DNA of 62,913 nucleotides, the filler included, from Reclinomonas americana ATCC 50394 (Eukaryota): assembly GCA_048213135.1 (NCBI GenBank). It is 9 parts of 9 records of this genome, joined end to end, with 100 filler letters (N's around TTAATTAATTAA, not from the genome) between each part and the next. Parts side by side here need not be neighbours in the genome. Positions count along the whole stretch, not along the records: positions 1 to 1,481 come from AFZH01017733.1; positions 1,582 to 3,793 come from AFZH01017734.1; positions 3,894 to 10,940 come from AFZH01017735.1; positions 11,041 to 37,744 come from AFZH01017736.1; 5 more parts are not named here. One strand, 5' to 3'. The position numbers and the translations under genes are program-made. Positions 1 through 14,813 of the stretch are shown here, piece by piece (the first letter of the stretch is position 1; the number at the start of each line of letters is the position of its first letter). The notes beneath the pieces were generated by a model. The model saw only the letters and a list, made by a program, of their open reading frames with translations, had not been told where the DNA came from and made no database searches.

Positions 1-375
1 GAAGAAGAAGAAGAAGAAGAAGAGGGGTATGGAAAGGACAGGGAAGGGGAGATCGAGGGAGAGAGAACGAGAGAAATGAGAAGCGAGAGGGAAGGAAGGA
101 GGGCAAGTGAGAGCTAAAGTGAGAGAGCGAGAGGAAAAGAGAGGTGACAGGGAAAGGGAGAGCGTGAGAGGGAAAGAGCTCTCAGAGAGACAGCTAGCGA
201 TGGGAATGTCGTGTGCGTCAGTTGCTCGTGTGCGTGCGCGAGCGTGAGTTGCGATTTCAAGAGTGAGCGTCTGTCTGTCTTCGAGTCTCTCTTTCCCTCA
301 CTGCGTGCGTGTTTCTCACCACCTAATGCCCACCCTCCACCCATTACTCATTACCCTGCCTTCCCCCTCCCACAG

Positions 376-3256
<2,881 letters not shown>

Positions 3257-3288
3257 TGGTTGCAACAACAAAGAGAGTGTACCTTAAT

Positions 3289-5161
3289 TTACTGTTTTGG
3301 TTTACCCTCCTCCAATGCCACGTAGTCGGTCAGCACCGGCAGCTCCTGCGAGGCATTGCTCGTATTTCTCATTCGTGTCAACTGAGACAGCAAGAGAGTG
3401 AGCGAGTGAGGAGGAAGGCAAGGAGAGGGGCAGCAGAGGTAGCGCACCGTCGCTTTCTTTGCCCATGCCGTGTTCATCAGCACCGTGAGCAGTAGACTCG
3501 ATGAAGCGTCAAAGCACAGGAACATGATGGTGAGCAGGCTGGCGGAGGTGGCAGATGTGAGTGGGTTGGTAGAGGAGAGAGATGAGATGCTCGCACGCAA
3601 CGCCAAGTTCTTGTAGGCGAATGGTTGTGCACTGAGGATGCCCGTCAGATACACTTGCACGGTGAGGACGAATGCGGCCTCCGGGAGCACGATGATTGAG
3701 AGCTGCGAGGGGGGAAGGGGGAGGATAGAGCGAGAGGGAGGGAGAGCGAGAGAGTGGTGAGCGAGAGGGGAGCAGCGAGAGGGGGAGAGCGAGNNNNNNN
3801 NNNNNNNNNNNNNNNNNNNNNNNNNNNNNNNNNNNNNTTAATTAATTAANNNNNNNNNNNNNNNNNNNNNNNNNNNNNNNNNNNNNNNNNNNNCGAGAGG
3901 GGGAGAGCGAGAGGGAGGAGCGAGAGAGGGGGAGATAGCGGAAGAGGAACGACGCAAAAGAACAGGGGAGAGAGGGGACACGGTGAGCAACACGAACACC
4001 ATGAGGGAAAAGAGAGCGACGATCGCCGAACCTTGATGAGCGCCTTGAAGGCCACGAGCGAATGTCGCCGACATAGGCCACGAATTACCGTCACCAACAC
4101 GGCCGCTGCGCAGTGCATCACAATAAGACGTTGCGCTTACAAGAGAGCAAGGAGGAAGCAAACGCAACTCATGATCGTAAACAGCAAAAACGACAAGGCA
4201 TAGATGAACTGGAGAGGGGCGAAACAAATGAATGAAACAAGGAAGCTGTCAAGTGCTGAGAATAGCGAGGACTCAACAGCAGTGTTGGCAGTCAGCAGCG
4301 GCTTGTGCAGCGGCCATGGCGGGTGATTCCACATGAGGCCCTGCGTCGTGTAGATGCCAATCTGCCAACACCGCGTCAGCAACAAGCGAGCACGGAACAG
4401 GAGTGATCCAGAGGTCACGCAACTGCATTCAGCACCACATACACCGCCGTGGCCACAATAACCCACTGACTCAGTTTCGCCACTTTCACAAGAAGCCACG
4501 ACCTACAGACACAGCAGTCAATCGCTCGCCCATTGCCACGCAGGCACAAAGACACGCACCACATGGTAATGAGCAGCATCTGACGGAACAACCCCACGAC
4601 AAAATACGCATTAAACTGCGTACTGGAGTGGGAACTCGGTCCAGCTTGCGGATATATACACAGGAACTGATCATCAAACGCATACACGGCAATACCTAAG
4701 AAAAAACATGTAAGAGACAGGTGGAACATGAGAGGACAACAATCCGACATGTGCGCAACAGATGCACTCTGCAAACGAGGCCACGCGGAGCAACTGATAC
4801 AACCATCGCTGCAACTGACTGTCCATCTTATCCTGCTTGTGCCCAGAGCGAATCATAAATCTGTGAGAATGAGAATGAGAATGATGAGAACTGGTGTTCG
4901 GGTACGGTTTTCATCGTGTTTTCCTCGCCTTCTTCTGCGATCGGCAATGATGTTGTATACAAATGCGACAGCGGTGGCTGCGGAGCCAATGATGCCCTCG
5001 GCCTGTGTCCATTTTTTCTTTATATTGAGAGACATAGTAAGAGAAAGAGATGCGCGCACAGACAAAGACGCGACTTGCAAGATGGAGACCCATGCTTGAC
5101 AGTGTGCAAAGCTCTCGGGGAAGGCGGGTGGGTACGGGTCAGGAGGAGGAGGCCCGCTCAT
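3289..5161 (-). CDS. Multi-pass membrane protein, about 7 TM (GPCR-like topology), family unassigned
   Basis: In-frame splicing from MSGPPPPDPYPP joins hydrophobic segments (AEGIIGSAATAVAFVYNII, VASFAECICIAVYAF, YFVVGLFRQMLLITMW, WVIVATAVYVVLNAIGIY, FLVSFICFAPLQFIYALSFLLFTIMTAVLVTVI, LSIIVLPEAAFVLTVQVYL, LLTIMFLCFDASSSLLLTVLM). The gene spans the gap at 3794-3893. Confidence 0.6.
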
Positions 5162-5222
5162 TACTGTATGTGTGTACTGAGTGTGTGCAGGACACTGTGA
5201 CTTGTTTGTTTATTGTGCTCTT

Positions 5223-6502
5223 ATGATTGAGGTCAAGCGGTTGCTGGTGACTCCCTCTGATTGTGCGATTGATGAGCCGCTGGCTGTGCGACTTGACTTT
5301 CAAGGTGAGAGAGTGGGGAAGGGAGAGAGAGAGAGAGATGCGACGTTCACTCAGTGCTCTCTCTTGTCTCTGTTGTTGGCTCTCAGTCTGTCTGTCTGTT
5401 GTGCCCACTCTTATGCTCTCTCACTCGCTCACTCTTTCAGTGACAGATGAAGGAGAGAGAGACAACTTCGCAGAATGATCATTCTTTCTTTCCTCCCTCT
5501 TCTCTCTCTTATTCTCTCTCTCCGACTGGCTGTCTGTCTCTCTGGCTGTTCTTCTCCTCTCATACGCTCTCTCATTCTCTCACTCTTTCAGCGATTGGTG
5601 ATGCAAGAGAGACAACTTCGCACTGATTGTTCTTCTCATTCTCTCCTCTCTGCTCTCCCTCTCCTCTCTCTGACTCTCAGCCTGCCTGTCTGTGCTGCCT
5701 ACTCTTACGCTCTCTCGCTCTCTCACTCTCTCGTTCTCTGACTCATTCGCTGACAAGCAGAGCGAGAGAGACAACTTCGCAGAACGATCATTCTTTCTTT
5801 CTCTCTGCTCTCACTCTCTTCTCTCTCTGACTCTCAGTCTGTCTGTGTTATGCCCACTCGTATCCTCTCTCACTCTCTCACACTCTTTCAATAACAAACG
5901 AAGCAGAGAGACAACTTCGCAGAATGATCATTCTTCTCTCTTCGCGCTCTCTCTCCCCTCTCACTCGCCCTCTCCTCTGCTGGACTGCCTGCCTGTTATG
6001 TGCTTCCATTCGTCCACTCAGTCCCTTTCTCAGACAGCAAGCACTCGTTGCTCATTCTCTTCTCCTTCTCCCTTCTCCTTCTCCTTCTCCCTCCTTCTCC
6101 CCCCTTCCCCTTTATTCAGTGACCGCCGAGGAAGGCCTCAACAACGTCTACTGGCGCCTCCAATACTCCTACGACGACCGCCGCGGCGATCGCCACGTGG
6201 TCGAGCTGCACCGCTCCGTGGCGCCCTCCTCGCACGACTACGCGCACAACGAAAAGTGCGAGTACGCCATTGACTTGCCGGCACTGGATCTGCAGCAGGG
6301 TGCTCCCGCCGCAGCAGGGGAGAAGAAGCCGCGAATGAGCGCGCACACTGGTCTCCTCTCGTTGGTGTTGTGTCGGCACAAGTCGGCGGAGGATGATCCG
6401 GCGGGCGAGGATCCCGAGGTCTCCGAGATCACTATTCCCACCGAGGTGCGCAAGGAGGCAGGAGGGGAGTTTGTGCGCTCGTTCCTCAATCCGTTTGCGT
6501 GA
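5223..6502 (+). CDS. Small protein with probable ASF1-like beta-sandwich fold (2 exons)
   Basis: Exon 5223-5304 (MIEVKRLLVTPSDCAIDEPLAVRLDFQ) joins in frame to exon 6120-6502 (VTAEEGLNNVYWRLQYSYD...GLLSLVL...FVRSFLNPFA*). The strand pattern recalls ASF1 (V..NPA....P..F.I.F....L...L.W.L.Y). The fold assignment is from memory. Confidence 0.6.
5335..5945. repeat. Degenerate tandem repeat of about 150 bp inside an intron
   Basis: The core GAGAGACAACTTCGCA(GAATGATCATTCTT) recurs at about 5456, 5607, 5766 and 5907. The CT-rich sequences between the cores are also similar to each other. Confidence 0.75.
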
Positions 6503-6649
6503 GGGAGGGGGTTAGGGAGAGGAAGAGAGAAAGTGGGCGAGAGGGTTGCAATGTATGGCTTTGTCGCTCGGTGATGAGAAGGGGAGAGCGAGGGAGACTA
6601 GGAGGTGGGAAGGGCGAGGGGAGTGGGAGGGAGGGAGAGAACGAGAGGG

Positions 6650-6684
<35 letters not shown>

Positions 6685-7455
6685 GGAGAAAGAGGCGCGG
6701 ACGTGCATCGCTCGAGTTGTCTCAGTTGAGAACACAGGAGTGAGGGAGCATGGCAGATCCTGTTCCTTGTCGAACTGTCTCTGCCGACAAGTAGAAGAAG
6801 ACCAGCTGCATGCCTCTTTCTCGTCGATCTGTTGGGAACACAGGAGGGAGGTTGTATGATTGGCTGTGCTCTCTCATAGAGTTATCTCTCTGCTGAGAAC
6901 ACAGGGAAGAGGAGTCATATGCATGGCAAGATTAGCTTTGTCGCTTAAGTTGTCTGTCTCATCGACGTCGAGGATTGTCAGTTGGGGGAAGAAGGGAAGT
7001 TCATGGAACGCAGCAGGGTCTTCTTCGTCACTTGTGATTCTCGGGCTGCAAGGAGAAGAAGTCACCTTCTGCGAAGAGGGAGTGTCAGACTTTTTGCTTG
7101 TCATCGAGTACGTCTCTTGAGAGCACAGGAGAACGAACGTGACACTTTCTTCGTCGACTCTGCTGCGAAGGTATCCATGTTCGAATTCTGCTTCGTTGCT
7201 TGACTTGTCTCTGTCGGAATCGTGAAGAAGCTGTGGAACTGTATTGGCTACAAGGAGGTGAAGCCCGGTTTGGTTTGCCTGGAGAGCGCCGGCTCTGCAT
7301 CTCGTCGAGCTGTGGAACTTCGATATCGACGTCGATCTCCCTTCCTGCAAATGGACTTCTCTAGCAAAGACATCTCCGCTTACAAAGCAAGGGCTATAGT
7401 GATACCCTCCCCCCTCCTCGTCCCACGTCTTGCCTCACTCTCGAGCTGTCCATCG

Positions 7456-9419
7456 ATGTCCCACGCGCAACTTTTTCAATCACACTCTCTTGGAGAGCCA
7501 ATGCTTGTGGTGTACGATCCCTTCACTGGCGTGGGCTCTGGCATTGTGCAAGCACGGGTGCGCCCTCTCTGTCTTTGCAGAGACTCCTTCTGCATGTCTC
7601 TCACTCTCCTGCATGCAGGGAAGAGAGTTCCGCGTGAGTGCAGTCTTCTCACAAGGCCGCGTGGAACGCGTGGAATGCGACGCAGAGATGCGTCTGTGTG
7701 TGCGTGAGCACGAGGAGGTGTTTCGCAAGGTACCCACTCTGTCACACACACACTCTCTCTCTCTCTCTCACTGCGTCACCTCATCGATCAGCAGATATGC
7801 ATTCGCTTTGTCTTTCTCAGTCTCTCATGCTCTTCCATCCCTCTTGCTCATTCTCTCCCCCACACACTACATCGCCTCCTCTTTCTCTCTCTCTCTCTCT
7901 CACACACACACGCATACTGCTTCATCTCATCGATCGCCAGACTTGCATTCTCATTCGCTCGCTTTCACTCTCTCCCTCTTCCTCTCCCTCTCTCTCCCTC
8001 TCCCTTTCCCTCTCCCTCTTCCTCTTCCTCTTACTCTTCCTCCCTCTCGTCTTCCTCTCCTTCCTCTTCCCTCTTTCCCTCTTTCCTCTCCCTCTCTCCC
8101 TCTCCCTCTTTCTCGTCCTCTTCCTCTTCCTCTTCCTCTTCCTCTCCCTCTTCCCTCTTCCCTTTGCCCTCTTCCCTCTTCCCTCTTCCCTCTACCCTGT
8201 TCCCTCTTCCTCTTCCTTTTCCTCTTCCTCTTCCTCTCCCTCCCCATCTCCCTCTCCCTCTCCCTCTCCCTCTCCCTCTCCCTCTCCCTCTCCCTCTCCC
8301 TCTCCCTCTCCCTCCCTTCCCATTGCCCAACCCTTCCCCTTTCATCCCTCCCCCTCTCCCTTCCCCTTTCATCCCTCCCCCTTTCCCTTCATGCCCTTTC
8401 CCCACTCCCTTTCCCTCTCTTCGCAGGCCCTTCAATCCACCTCCACCCCCACCGCCTTTTTTGAAACGCTGCAATCGCTGTTGGAGCGCGTGGTCGTGGA
8501 AGTGGAACAGGAGGACGAGCAGCAGCAGCAAAAGAAGAAGGAGATCGCAGGGGAACCGGAATTCCAGCCTCCACAGTTCTTTGCACAGCTGCTGGCCGAC
8601 CTGGAACGCGTGGGATGGCATCGTGTGCACGATATGGATGCGTCACTGGCGTCGCTGACGGTGCGCCTGGAGGACTCGCAGCAGAGACTGCATGACATTC
8701 GTGTGCGCATTCCCGCCGAGTACCCGCGACGCCCGCTGCAGTGCGAGGTGGATGTTCCGAGGCGGGCGCAACCTGCGCCGCCACTTGTGCTTCCGTCGTG
8801 TGCGTCGTTGGCGCACGTGCCGGCCGTGTACGGGGAGCTGCTGGAGCGCTACGTGGCGTTCTGGGACCAGATGGATGACATTGATGCGCACTGTTGGGTG
8901 CTGGAGCCGGAGCATCCGAGTCGAGCCGACACGCGACGGCGTCTCTTCATCAATCGCTTCAGCTCGGTGCAGTTTGAGGTCGATCCGCAGGCTCCTCGTG
9001 CGCTGCCGCACGATATGCGATTCTTGGGGGCAGAGCGTGAGGTCGCGGCACTGAGAATGCGTTTCAATGAGCGGCTGCGTGAGTGGGACGAGAGTGCACG
9101 CTCGGTGCGAGACAATCTGCAGCACGTGCTGAGTGTGGAGTTCCCCGCTCGACGAGCCGCCGCTCCTTCGGAGAGGGAGGGAGAGGAGAAGATGGAGACT
9201 GACGAGCACGTGGAGTGCGCTGTGTGCTACTCGTACCGCACGCCAACCGGCCTCGCACCCGATTTTGTGTGTCAGAACACTCGCTGTGCTCGTCCGTTCC
9301 ACCGCTCGTGCCTGCTCGACTGGCTCAAGTCGGTGCCCGGCGTGCGGCAGAACTTCGAGACCTACTACGGCACCTGCCCGTACTGCTCCGAGGCCATTGC
9401 CGTCAGCGAGTCTCACTGA
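7456..9419 (+). CDS. FANCL: E3 ubiquitin ligase FANCL
   Basis: Three exons. ELF-like N-terminus (PMLVVYDPFTGVGSGIVQARGREFRV), DRWD region (FWDQMDDIDAHCWVLEPEHPSRADTRRR; VRDNLQHVLSVEFP), and the C-terminal FANCL RING ECAVCYSY...PDFVCQNTRCARPFHRSCLLDWL...GTCPYC. Confidence 0.95.
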
Positions 9420-9487
9420 TTCTTGTGTGTCACATTACTTTGAAAAAAATGTATTCCAAAAATTGTTACATCGCACACTCCCTCTCA

Positions 9488-12400
9488 TTATGATGGTGGC
9501 GAGTGCGAAAAGGCCATGGGTGGTGGCGACGATCTTGACGACGCGGGCCGCGGTGACAGGAGACCAGATAGCCGCTCAACCTCGGCGTCACGCTGGTCCA
9601 ATTCCATCTGCGTCAAAGAAGGTCAGCCACCATTTCTTTTGCTCAAACAATCTCTTCATCTGCCCACCTGCAGCAGCTTTTGCCGCTCCTCCAATTGCTG
9701 CTCACGCGATTGGATCTTGCGCTGCAGTTGCACAATGAGCTGGCTCTGGTACGCCACCTCGCCAGCCTCCCGCGCACGATCTTCCTCCATTTGTTGGACG
9801 CGGCTCCTCTCCGCCTCCAGAGCCGCCGTCAGCGCACGAATGTGCTCGTCGGCGTCGCGGAACCGCTCCGCTGGCGGTCGATTGCGCAACTCCACTTCGC
9901 ACTTGCGCAGATGCGCCACCAGAGTCTCCTCTCGACGCTTGCTGGCATCCAGCTCGTTCTTCAGCGCCTCTGACGAGTCGTACACATCGCGAATGGCCGC
10001 CAGCCCCTCCTGGAAGCGCGCCTGCATCTGTCGCAACGAAGCATTCTCCGTCACAATGTGCTTCAGCTTGCCCTGCATCTCCTGAATCGTCGTCTGCAGC
10101 AGCCGCCTCTCCTCCTCGCTGTGTCCATGGGTAAGCGATAGCTGCACGCAGGCACAGCAGGGCGGCATCATACTCCACGTACCCCTTCTTCACTTTCCGC
10201 TCCTGCCGGGCAAAGCGATCCATCAGCCGCCGATTGTTGTTCTCAAAGTCGGAGCTCCGCGACATCTCCTCGTCGAGTGAGTTCTGCAGCAGCTGGATTT
10301 GCGACTCGCGCGCCGACAGTGCCGCCCGCAACGCTCGCGTGTCGGTGTCGTACAGATCCTGCAGCTCGTGGAACTCGTCGCGCAACGCCGCATATTGCGT
10401 TTGGCTCTCCGAGAGGCGTGCCTGCAAGTTGCGCAGCTTCGGCGACATGTGCTCCCCCATAGCCGGCGACGACGATAGGGAGGCGAGCTCGGCGCTGGAG
10501 TTGAGAGAGGATGGCGGCCGGTCGGGTGAGCCCAGCACACTGCCGCCGGCCGCAACGGCTGCCAGCACGGCCTCTTGTTCGTCGCGCAGGTCGCTTGCAT
10601 CCGCCTGCGCACATTTATAAGAGCAAGACCACGCACTCACAATCCTTGCCTCTCGTACACGAACTCCTTCTCTCATCAGTCCTCTCTCACAGAAAACCCT
10701 TGTTTGTCTTTTACTCTCTCTCTCTCTCTCTCAAACACACACTCAGACGCCGCCTTCATCTTTCACACATCTTCACTGCATTCTCTCGTCTTGTCGCTCT
10801 CCGTCTCTCTCCACAAGATTCTAATACTCTTCCTTCTTCCTCGTGTCATTCCTTGAAGTATGCCGCTTTCGCTTTCTTCCTCGTCTTTGCCATTTTCGTG
10901 CGCGCTCCCCCTCCTTCTTCTCCCCTCCCTGCTCCAAGCCNNNNNNNNNNNNNNNNNNNNNNNNNNNNNNNNNNNNNNNNNNNNTTAATTAATTAANNNN
11001 NNNNNNNNNNNNNNNNNNNNNNNNNNNNNNNNNNNNNNNNCTCTCTCCTCTCCTCCTCTTCCTTCCTCCTCCTCTCCTCTCCCTCTCCCTCCCCTCCCCT
11101 CCCCTCCCCTCCCCTCCCCTCCCCTCCCCCTCTTCCCTTTTACCCCCTCCCCTCTCCCTTCCCTTCGCCTCACCTGACTCTCGGCCAGCGCCCGCGAAAG
11201 ATTATCATTCTCCCGCTGCAACTCCTTTGCGCGATTCTTGACCTGCTGGAACGACCGCTGCAACTCCTCCATCACACTGTGCGCCGCCTCCAAAGTGGCG
11301 CGCATGCGACTGTTGGACTTGCGCAGCACCAGATTCTCCTGCTCGACCGTGCGCGACGAGTGCTCCAGTTCACCCGCCAGCGATGTGGCGTGCTCGTCCA
11401 CCACCACAAACATTTGCCGCAGCGACGAAATGTCGTCCTCCAAATTGGCCACGGCCGCACTCGAGGTGGCCAGCCGTTGCGCCAGCAGCGCATTCTCCGC
11501 ACGCGCATTGTTGTACAGTCGGATGGCGTCGGCGTGCTCGGCACGCAGCTGCGCCAGCGCCTTTTCCAGCACGCCGGTGGTGTGCTGCAATTGTTGTTCG
11601 CGCTGCGGAGGGACATGAAGTGAGGAGTGTGCAAGAGAAGGGGGAGGAGAGAAAAGTGTGAGTTGCGCACCACACGCGTGGCGTTGAGCAGCGCCTGCAT
11701 GTCGCTCAGCTCCTGCCGCAACCGCGCAACATCGGTCTCTGTACGCATATCAGCAGGTGAGTGAGCACGGAGAGGATAATGAACAGCAAGTTTCCAGTCA
11801 GCAGTACCATTACCGTCGACTCCGATCGCCGCCACGGCCGCCGCGGTCGCCGTACCTGGTGATCCCGGTTGTTGCTTGGCGCTCAGAGCGTCGGTCAGCA
11901 TCTGGATGCGCTGCTTGTGCACATGCAACGCCTCCTCCATCTGCCGCAGCGCAGCGGCGTCTCTCCGACTCGACTCCAGCTCGCTGGTCAGGTACTGGCA
12001 CTGTAGCCGTGACGCATCCAGCTGCGCACGCAGCTCATGGACACTATCACCGCCGCCGCCGCCACCACCACCTCCACCATTCCGCATTCGCGCCTCGGCA
12101 GCCTCACGCGCCGTCCGCTCCTCCTTCAGCTCGCGCAACACTCGCGCCAACTCCACCGCCACTCGTTGCGATTCGCGCTCCGCTGCCTTCACTTGCTCCT
12201 CCAGCTGTTTGCTTCGCCGCCGGGCACGATCCAACTCGCGACTCAGTGACTGTGGGAGATCGCTGTCAGCGATGGGAAGAAAAGGGAGAGACACGTGCAT
12301 TGACATTGCCAAACCTCTTGCTCTCCGGCGCCGGGGACGGGCGACAGTGAGGGGGAGATGACACGACTGCGCTCCGTTTCCAACTCGGACTGCAGCCTGT

Positions 12401-14782
12401 CGACCGCATACTGCGACTCCTCCAACTCGGCGCCCAATGTGGCCGTGATCTTGCATTCCTCTGCGAATGGGGGGAAGAAAAGAGTGAGACAAAGTAGGCA
12501 AACTTTACCCAGTTAATCTTTGTGTCAACCCAAAGCTCAGTCTCCCTCTCTCTTTTCCAACTGTCAATCTCCCCATCCGCATTCCCTCAATATTTGTGCT
12601 CTCTCTCTCTCTCTCTCCCTGCAACTGCCAATCGCTCCAGCCCGTATTCCCTCAATTACTCGCTCTCTTTCTGTCATTGTCTGCCTCCTCTCCCCGTATC
12701 TTCTCCGGCATTCTACCTGTCTCTCTCTACGCCCTTCTCCCCTCCCTGTCTCCATTCCCTCCTTCCCCTATTACCCTTTCCCCTTAACCTTCCCCTAATA
12801 CCCCTTCCCCTTTCCACCCCCTTTCCCTTTCGGCGCACCTTCGAGCTCCTTGCTGAGCTCTGCCACCCGGCTCTGCAACTTGTGACACTCGTCCCGCAAT
12901 CGCGTGTTCGTCACCAACGCCTCACTCAGCTGATCCTCCGCACGGTTGCGTGCCGATGTCTCCGCCCGCAATTGCGCCTCCTGCATCTTGAGCGCCTGAT
13001 CCTCACCACAGTCAGTCAAGAGCTCAACCCATTTCCTTTTGACAACAACCGCATTACCTCAGCATCCGCCTCCAGACTCTTGCGTGCCTCCTCGAGCTTG
13101 GCGACCAGGCCCTGAATCTCGGGCCGACTGTGCTCGATGCGATCCTGCAGCAGTGCGCAGTCGGACTCCGCGGCAGTCAACCTCTCGCGCAGCTGGTTGC
13201 GCTCCAATTCCAGCAGCTGAATGCGATCGGCCAGCACACTCGGCGTCTGGTTCGCCATGTGCGCACGACTGAGTGCCTCCTCAGCTCGCTGCTGCGCGGC
13301 GGCGTGTGCCAACCGCGTCTCACGCTCGGCCAGCAGCTGCGCTCGCGCCTCCGACAAGTGCGAATCGTACAATGCGTGTCGTGTGCGCTCCGTGGCCAGC
13401 GTCGACTCTGCCTCGCGCAACCGGCTCTCCAGCTGCTTCACTCGGTCGTGCTCCATGTTCAAGCGTGCCTCCACCGCCGACAATTCCTGCGTGATGGCAA
13501 GTATGAGAGGAGTGCATTTCCGAATCACCCACACACAGAGAGAGGATCGTAACTTGCTGCAGCTGCGCCGACTTGCGTGACTCGCTGTCCAACGAGCTGC
13601 GCAGCGATGAGACCACCATTTTCGACGACAACAACTCCTGGTCCAGTGAGATGCGGCGGCCCTGTTGCATCGCGGGGTCAATGAAGAGAAGCGCACTATG
13701 AAATCAACGGCGAGCGTCACGCACCTGGTTCTCCGCCACGGCCTCCTCCAGCGACGCCGAGCGGAACCTCTCATCCTCCACCGCCGACTCGAGAGCAGCC
13801 AGTCGCTCCGTCACTCGATACAAGTCGTCGGCGACCGACTGCTTCAGACGCCGCTCGTTTTCCGTCTGCGTGCGCGCCTCATTCACGTCTCTTCTCAGTC
13901 GTGCCGACACGGCGCGCTCTGCAAGGGGGGAAAAGACGCAAAATCAGTGGTACTGCAAGCAGAAAAAAACACAACTGCAGTACCCACCTTTCGCCAGTGC
14001 GCCATGCATAAACGACCACGCCAGCTCCACTGCCGCCTTGCCCTCCAACTTCTCCTTCTTCGCCTCCGCCACCAGGTGCCGCATGAATGCCGTATTTTCC
14101 ATGCGAGGTGATGGTGTCGGCGCGCGAAGCGGCGATCCAGTGCGCGGCGTGTGCAGCAGACGCGGCACAAAGTCCGGCACCGTCACTCCCACATCCTCCG
14201 CCTCCACCGCCTCCACTTCGTGTGTGTACTGCTCAATGTCACGGAAAAGACCGTCGCCATCGGCGTCCGCACTGTCGTCACCCTCCTGTCCATCGCCGCC
14301 AAAGTCGTCATCCTCCTGCCCGACTCCACCAGCCGCATAGTCGCCCGCGTCGACGGCCGACTGTGAATCAGCAGCTGCCGTGGCGGCTGACGCTGATGAC
14401 GCCGACATGACCGGCACATTCTTGCGCGCCTTGGCGGGCAGCCGAATGCGCATGGCCTTCGAGGCCGTGACGAGAGTCGTACGCGCCTCCTGCGCACAGC
14501 TCTCGCTGTCGTTCACGCACGCAATCATGAGGGTGTAGCCGTTGGAGGTGAGACCCTCGTGCAGCAGGCGCGTCAGCTTCGAGTCGCGGTACGGCACGTG
14601 ATTGGCCACCAACGACGACTGATTAGCGTCGCGAGAGGCCGCTCGGAGCGCAGTAATGACACGACCCAGTGCCGACACATCTTGATTGACTGCAGTCACC
14701 TGAGGGAGAATGAAAGGGTGGTGATGAGGAAGACAACCAACGGCGGAGAGTAGATGCGACAAGGGCATCACACACGCTCTCA

Positions 14783-14813
<31 letters not shown>

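Noticed and set aside
5082..5165. Apparent in-frame TGA after ATG GAG ACC CAT GCT, suggesting readthrough or an alternative genetic code
   Set aside because: The plus-strand gene starts adequately at ATG 5223, and this stretch is the antisense of the 7TM gene's first exon. TAA, TAG and TGA all serve as normal stops elsewhere in the window.
5450..5940. Regularly spaced repeats of about 30 nt resembling a CRISPR array
   Set aside because: The spacers are about 120 bp, similar to each other and low-complexity. The array lies in a spliceosomal intron and there are no cas genes.
6874..7350. 158-aa minus-strand ORF
   Set aside because: It has no recognisable motif, splice structure or typical GC-rich codon pattern, so it was not called as a gene.
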